From IMG/VR virus record IMGVR_UViG_2690316278_000008: 21,852 nt of DNA; one strand, 5' to 3'. Below, one piece after another: positions 17,972-21,852 of the stretch. A program made the translations under genes and the position numbers. The first letter of the stretch is position 1; every line of letters starts with the position of its first letter. The notes under the pieces are model-generated. The model worked only from the letters and a program-made list of their open reading frames with translations, made no database searches and was not told where the DNA came from. This DNA is from a virus (taxonomy: Duplodnaviria; Heunggongvirae; Uroviricota; Caudoviricetes).

Positions 17972-18337
17972 TTACTTCGTCATGCCATTCAGGGTGTCGC
18001 GGCAGACTGTAGCCAGCCGCTGAATTTCCAGCACGGTGTCTTCTGTGTCGGCATGGCGATGTGTGATGCGGATGCTGTCGGCAATCACATCGACGATTGC
18101 AGAGGATGGGCGCTGGTAAATGCCAATAACGGACGGGGTGCCACCTTCAATGCGGTAAAGCCTGTAATTTCCCTCGTGGCTGTCAATCATGTAGCGACCA
18201 TCAATAACAATCTTTCCGTCAGCGAGCTGCGGTACAGGCAGGGATTTCAGGTACATGTCATAACGATCACGCACGCGAGCGGCAAGATCACGCTCTGTGT
18301 TGAGCAGGTATTCAAGAAAGTCGTTGGCGAGAATCAT
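17972..18337 (-). CDS. Hypothetical early protein (121 aa) directly upstream of A
   Basis: ATG 18337; MILANDFLEYLLNTERDLAARVRDRYDMYLKSLPVPQLADGKIVIDGRYMIDSHEGNYRLYRIEGGTPSVIGIYQRPSSAIVDVIADSIRITHRHADTEDTVLEIQRLATVCRDTLNGMTK; stop 6 nt before A start; fully unmasked. Family not recognised. Confidence 0.55.
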   Translation of the reverse strand: MILANDFLEYLLNTERDLAARVRDRYDMYLKSLPVPQLADGKIVIDGRYMIDSHEGNYRLYRIEGGTPSVIGIYQRPSSAIVDVIADSIRITHRHADTEDTVLEIQRLATVCRDTLNGMTK

Positions 18338-18478
18338 TGCGGCAATCCTCTTGTTACAGATGTGCGAAGGCCTCCCGCCGCAAGGTGCAGGAAAGGCCCG
18401 GAACAGGAATTAATGGAGTTTGTTTTGCTGCCGGATGAGCTGCTGAAGCCCGACGTGGTTTCCGGCAGTTGGAGGTGC

Positions 18479-18724
18479 TCATGCTCTGATTTCCCTCAGT
18501 AGCTGGTTGAACATCTGGGTTAGTGGGTTGCTACACCCAAACGGCATCAGGTTTACCTGATAAGAAAAGCGACCGCCTGTTTTGCGCTCTTTTCTTGTGA
18601 CTAAACCGCTGCGCCAGAGACGGCGTAGCTCCGCATTAATGGTTGTGGTTGGTGTATTCAGTGCTGCGGCGATTTCTCCACTGCTACAACCCGGATTGGC
18701 AGCGATGTAGTCCAGAATGGTCAT
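18479..18724 (-). CDS. Small winged-helix/HTH DNA-binding protein (81 aa)
   Basis: ATG 18724 overlaps the upstream gene's TGA (ATGA). MTILDYIAANPGCSSGEIAAALNTPTTTINAELRRLWRSGLVTRKERKTGGRFSYQVNLMP... has a helix-turn-helix plus wing pattern (SGEIAAALNTP ... LWRSGLVTRK). Confidence 0.55.
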   Translation of the reverse strand: MTILDYIAANPGCSSGEIAAALNTPTTTINAELRRLWRSGLVTRKERKTGGRFSYQVNLMPFGCSNPLTQMFNQLLREIRA

Positions 18725-18924
18725 CTGCGTGACTCCTGTACCTGTCTGATAAGATTCACCTGCACCACGTTGGTGGCGCAGAAGTAAGTGCCGTCAGTGA
18801 GATAGATATGATGTGCATCCTTTTCTGAACGGTGTTTGTCGATTGTGGTAATCAGGCGTTCGTCAACTTCGTATTCACGTCCTCTGGAGGTGAAACGAAC
18901 GACAGGAAAATGCTTAATTGCCAT
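18721..18924 (-). CDS. Hypothetical small protein (67 aa), translationally coupled to the downstream HTH gene
   Basis: Proposed start ATG 18924 with strong RBS AAGGAGG 5 nt upstream; the track's start at 18975 is a non-ATG codon without an RBS. MAIKHFPVVRFTSRGREYEVDERLITTIDKHRSEKDAHHIYLTDGTYFCATNVVQVNLIRQVQESRR. Confidence 0.45.
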   Translation of the reverse strand: MAIKHFPVVRFTSRGREYEVDERLITTIDKHRSEKDAHHIYLTDGTYFCATNVVQVNLIRQVQESRR

Positions 18925-19436
18925 TACGCCTCCTTGGCGTGTGCGAATACCTCCGCGAATGCGGATTGTTTTCACATTTTCTTATTTAACCTGGGGTCTT
19001 ATTTGCGCGGTTATTCTTCAGTGAAAAAGCGTTCAATCTTTTTTACTGAATTAATAATTCGCATAANNNNNNNNNNNNNNNNNNNNNNNNNNNNNNNNNN
19101 NNNNNNNNNNACCACCGAAATAATCAGAACAAGCCATGAAATAAATANNNNNNNNNNNNNNNNNNNNNNNNNNNNNNNNNNNNNNNNNNNNNNNNNNNNN
19201 NNNNNNNNNNNNNNNNNNNNNNNNNNNNNNNNNNNNNNNNNNNNNNNNNNNNNNNNNNNNNNNNNNNNNNNNNNNNNNNNNNNNNNNNNNNNNNNNNNNN
19301 NNNNNNNNNNNNNNNNNNNNNNNNNNNNNNNNNNNNNNNNNNNNNNNNNNNNNNNNNNNNNNNNNNNNNNNNNNNNNNNNNNNNNNNNNNNNNNNNNNNN
19401 NNNNNNNNNNNNNNNNNGCCCATCACAACGCCCTTT

Positions 19437-19759
19437 AATCTGCTTTCTGTATTTCAGCTTCTGAATCCATACAAATAATTTCGATATAGGGTTCATCGCC
19501 ATTAACCTGGCGTGCCTTTTCATCTTCGCTGNNNNNNNNNNNNNNNNNNNNNNNNNNNNNNNNNNNNNATGATTTCTCGTACGGTCTGGTACGGAAGTTC
19601 CACAAGCAGTCGCGTGCCGTTCAGATAAACGTAAGTGGCTTCGTCGGCTCCGTTTTTACCCGCCGGAGTCACTCCGTCAATAGCGGATGCACGTAATAAC
19701 AGTTCACCGCGAAAATCAATAAAACGGATAAATACACCTTGTGCATTGTCTTTGGTCAT
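19437..19759 (-). CDS. Hypothetical early protein; interior masked, boundaries approximate
   Basis: ATG 19759 preceded by AGGTG: MTKDNAQGVFIRFIDFRGELLLRASAIDGVTPAGKNGADEATYVYLNGTRLLVELPYQTVREI, then mask 19532-19568. Beyond it one frame reads ...SEDEKARQVNGDEPYIEIICMDSEAEIQKAD* to a stop near 19437; the overlapping basic track frame (MKRHARLMAMNPISK..., 19523) is considered less likely. Span is not a multiple of 3. Confidence 0.35.
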
Positions 19760-19769
19760 AAAGCACCTG

Positions 19770-20108
19770 TTATAAATCAGCCTGTTTAATAAAACTTTGC
19801 CCGCGAAGCAGACGATCAACCGTGCGAAGTGCTTCGTATAATGTGAAATCCTGCCCGAACTGATTGTCGCCACAGCTCAGTGCAAAAATGCGGTTTCCGG
19901 TAAACGGATTGCGTGGGCATTTGTGGATCACGATTCCAGCTTTCTCAATCAGCCAGGCGTGCTCGCCGATTTGTTTTACTGGGTAGCCATCCGGCGTTGC
20001 GTGTGTATCACTCAGGCTGTAGCGGATGTTGCTGCGTGATGCACTGGTAGTGAAACGGTTAGCGTGGCGTTCTGTTCCGGTACAAAAATTACGGCGTTGC
20101 TTCAGCAT
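19770..20108 (-). CDS. Hypothetical early protein (112 aa), second gene of early operon
   Basis: ATG 20108 preceded by GAGGT; MLKQRRNFCTGTERHANRFTTSASRSNIRYSLSDTHATPDGYPVKQIGEHAWLIEKAGIVIHKCPRNPFTGNRIFALSCGDNQFGQDFTLYEALRTVDRLLRGQSFIKQADL; fully unmasked. Family not recognised. Confidence 0.5.
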   Translation of the reverse strand: MLKQRRNFCTGTERHANRFTTSASRSNIRYSLSDTHATPDGYPVKQIGEHAWLIEKAGIVIHKCPRNPFTGNRIFALSCGDNQFGQDFTLYEALRTVDRLLRGQSFIKQADL

Positions 20109-20122
20109 AAAATGACACCTCG

Positions 20123-20401
20123 TTATTTTGTCATCTGCACGTATTTCTCTGCGTTTCTGATGGTTTTCAGGAAAATTGCGAAGAGATTTACTTTGCGTTT
20201 TGTGTTTCTTCCTTCTTGAGTAACGGGAATTACCGATCTATCAGCCTGCCTTCTTACAGCGAGAATGCTTTGATTTGTGCGTTTCGCATAATCCTCTAGG
20301 CTTTCTTCAAGTACCGGTAGCCCATGTTCATTACGGTATGGGTAGAACGCCGCCAAACGCTCAAAATCCGCTTGTTCGTATGTGTTAAGGACTTTTGCCA
20401 T
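20123..20401 (-). CDS. First gene of the early operon, divergent from repressor C (Cox-position regulator; not sequence-similar to P2 Cox as remembered)
   Basis: ATG 20401; 92 aa MAKVLNTYEQADFERLAAFYPYRNEHGLPVLEESLEDYAKRTNQSILAVRRQADRSVIPVTQEGRNTKRKVNLFAIFLKTIRNAEKYVQMTK. Role inferred only from its position divergent from C at the head of the early operon. Confidence 0.45.
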   Translation of the reverse strand: MAKVLNTYEQADFERLAAFYPYRNEHGLPVLEESLEDYAKRTNQSILAVRRQADRSVIPVTQEGRNTKRKVNLFAIFLKTIRNAEKYVQMTK

Positions 20402-20496
20402 GGTGTGATAACCTATTCAATCTGGTGCTATTTGTGGCTCTTTGTAGCGTCAAGTGGTACTCAACTGATAACCAATATAGTATTCAGGTGCACACC
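20402..20496. promoter_or_regulatory. Divergent early/repressor promoter-operator region (Pe/Pc equivalent)
   Basis: 95-bp gap between divergent cox-position gene (start 20401, minus) and C (start 20497, plus). Direct repeats TGATAACC at 20406-20413 and 20466-20473; -10-like TATAGT at about 20476-20481. The P2 immunity switch lies in this arrangement. Confidence 0.45.
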
Positions 20497-20808
20497 ATGT
20501 CAATAGAGATATCAAAGAAGCTAAAAGCAATTCGAGAATCTGAGGGGCTTAGTCAGGCAAAGTTCGCGGATTCAATAGGTATTGCGGTTGGTACGGTTAA
20601 GCAATACGAGACTGGTATTCGAGGTGTGGGAACGGAGGTTTTACTGAAAATCACAATGCACCCGGAATTTAAAAAATACACTACGTGGTTGATGAGTAAC
20701 GAAACAAATGAGGCTGCTGGGCAGATCAGTCCTTCTCTCTCCCCTGATGGGCCAGAAAACACATCGTCTTCTCAAAAATCCCGCAAGACTGGCACACAGC
20801 CCGGCTAA
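20497..20808 (+). CDS. C: Immunity repressor, P2 C-like (HTH)
   Basis: Proposed start ATG 20497 preceded by AGGTG: MSIEISKKLKAIRESEGLSQAKFADSIGIAVGTVKQYETGIRGVGTEVLLKITMHPEFKKYTTWLMSNETNEAAGQISPSLSPDGPENTSSSQKSRKTGTQPG. Resembles P2 C from memory (...TPQFTKYTLWFMTNQIAPESGQIAPALAHFGQNETTSPHSGQKTG). The track's upstream start at 20395 is rejected. Confidence 0.8.
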   Translation: MSIEISKKLKAIRESEGLSQAKFADSIGIAVGTVKQYETGIRGVGTEVLLKITMHPEFKKYTTWLMSNETNEAAGQISPSLSPDGPENTSSSQKSRKTGTQPG

Positions 20809-20857
20809 TCATGGAACGCTGGGGGCATGGTGGTCTTGTAACGCTGGGGCTTCACGA

Positions 20858-21835
20858 ATGAGCATAAAATCAATTCCGGGAGGGTATCTTCTTGACATGC
20901 GTCCTGAGGGGCGTAAAGGCAAACGCATTCGCAAAAAATTTAAAACGAAATCGGATGCAGTTTTATATGAGCGGTGGGTGCTGGCGCAACAGCATAACAA
21001 TGAGTGGAAAGGAAACTCCATTGATCGCCGTCCGCTGTCAGTGCTTATTGACTTGTGGTGGAAATACCACGGCCAGCTAATGAAGTCAGGGCATAACACG
21101 CGCCTTAAATTGCTGCGCTTGAGTGAGGCAATGGATGACCCGTGCGTGCATAAACTTAATACAACGATGCTCACCGAGCTACGTGTGTCCAGGATAGAGC
21201 AGGGGATACAGCCCAGCACCATAAATCGAGAGATTGGGGCGTTAAGCGCGATGTTTACCGCACTCATCTCATCCGGCCATTTTCTTAACGATAACCCCGT
21301 TCAAGGCCTTAAAGGAATGAAGGTTAACGAGCGTGAAATGGGATATCTGAGTAAGTCTGAATGTGTTCAGTTGCTGGATGCACTGGCTGAAAATCCCGAT
21401 GAACGGCTGGCCGTCGAAATCCTTCTGTCGACCGGGGCGCGATGGGGCGAGGTAGCGGCACTGGAGCAGCGCCGTGTTCTTCATTGTCGAATCACTTTTT
21501 CAAAAACGAAGAACAGCAAAAACCGTACCGTTCCTATTTCTGAAAGCCTGTTTGAAAAGATCAAAAAACGGGGCGGGAAACTGGTGTTTCCGACGCTGGA
21601 TTATTCATTGGTTCGCGATGTCATCAAAACGGTCGCACCTGATGTTCCTGACGGCCAGGCTGTTCATGCGCTGCGCCACACCTTCGCCAGTCATTTCATG
21701 ATGAACGGCGGCAATATTCTGACGCTCCAGAAAATTCTGGGGCACGCAAAGATTCAGACAACGATGATTTATGCCCATCTTGCGCCGGATTACTTGCAGG
21801 ATGCGGTGAGGTTTAATCCCTTGGGAGGAATGTAA
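20858..21835 (+). CDS. int: Tyrosine integrase, P2 Int-like
   Basis: Proposed start ATG 20858: MSIKSIPGGYLLDMRPEGRKGKRIRKKFKTKSDAVLYERW...LSTGARWGEVAALEQRRV...HALRHTFASHFMMNGGNILTLQKILGHAKIQTTMIYAHLAPDYLQDAVRFNPLGGM, carrying the R...HxxR...Y tyrosine-recombinase catalytic signature and collinear with P2 Int as remembered. The track's start at 20708 lies inside C in another frame. The att site should lie just past the window end. Confidence 0.9.
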   Translation: MSIKSIPGGYLLDMRPEGRKGKRIRKKFKTKSDAVLYERWVLAQQHNNEWKGNSIDRRPLSVLIDLWWKYHGQLMKSGHNTRLKLLRLSEAMDDPCVHKLNTTMLTELRVSRIEQGIQPSTINREIGALSAMFTALISSGHFLNDNPVQGLKGMKVNEREMGYLSKSECVQLLDALAENPDERLAVEILLSTGARWGEVAALEQRRVLHCRITFSKTKNSKNRTVPISESLFEKIKKRGGKLVFPTLDYSLVRDVIKTVAPDVPDGQAVHALRHTFASHFMMNGGNILTLQKILGHAKIQTTMIYAHLAPDYLQDAVRFNPLGGM

Positions 21836-21852
21836 CTATGGAAATAAAAAAA

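Noticed and set aside
1-21852. tRNA genes, rRNA, CRISPR arrays, insertion sequences
   Set aside because: No cloverleaf-like segments, no regularly spaced short repeat-spacer arrays, no transposase-like ORFs or terminal inverted repeats in the unmasked sequence; the only repeats are the parM-upstream pair and the cos-region motifs.

Overview
This window is a large section of a P2-like (Peduovirus-type) temperate phage genome, inverted relative to the usual P2 map. About 22% of it is N-masked, so several gene boundaries and reading frames are approximate; all family assignments are from reading the translations against remembered family sequences, and no database search was run. Minus-strand late genes run from the left edge: tail/baseplate I (truncated by the window start), J, W, V, S, R; a lysis cassette (spanin, endolysin, holin, mostly masked); head genes M, N, O. 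Terminase large subunit P and portal Q are on the plus strand. Downstream of Q lies a ~490 bp non-coding stretch with palindromes and phased repeats, the expected position of cos. Next comes an accessory region between cos and replication gene A, which is the main finding: a tightly coupled three-gene operon of small unrecognised proteins (174, 79 and 61 aa, the last a Cys-rich zinc ribbon) sits next to a complete ParM/ParR type II partition module with upstream repeats. The rest is replication initiator A, several small early genes, a cox-position regulator, a C-type repressor and a P2-type tyrosine integrase at the right edge. No tRNA, rRNA or CRISPR array was seen.
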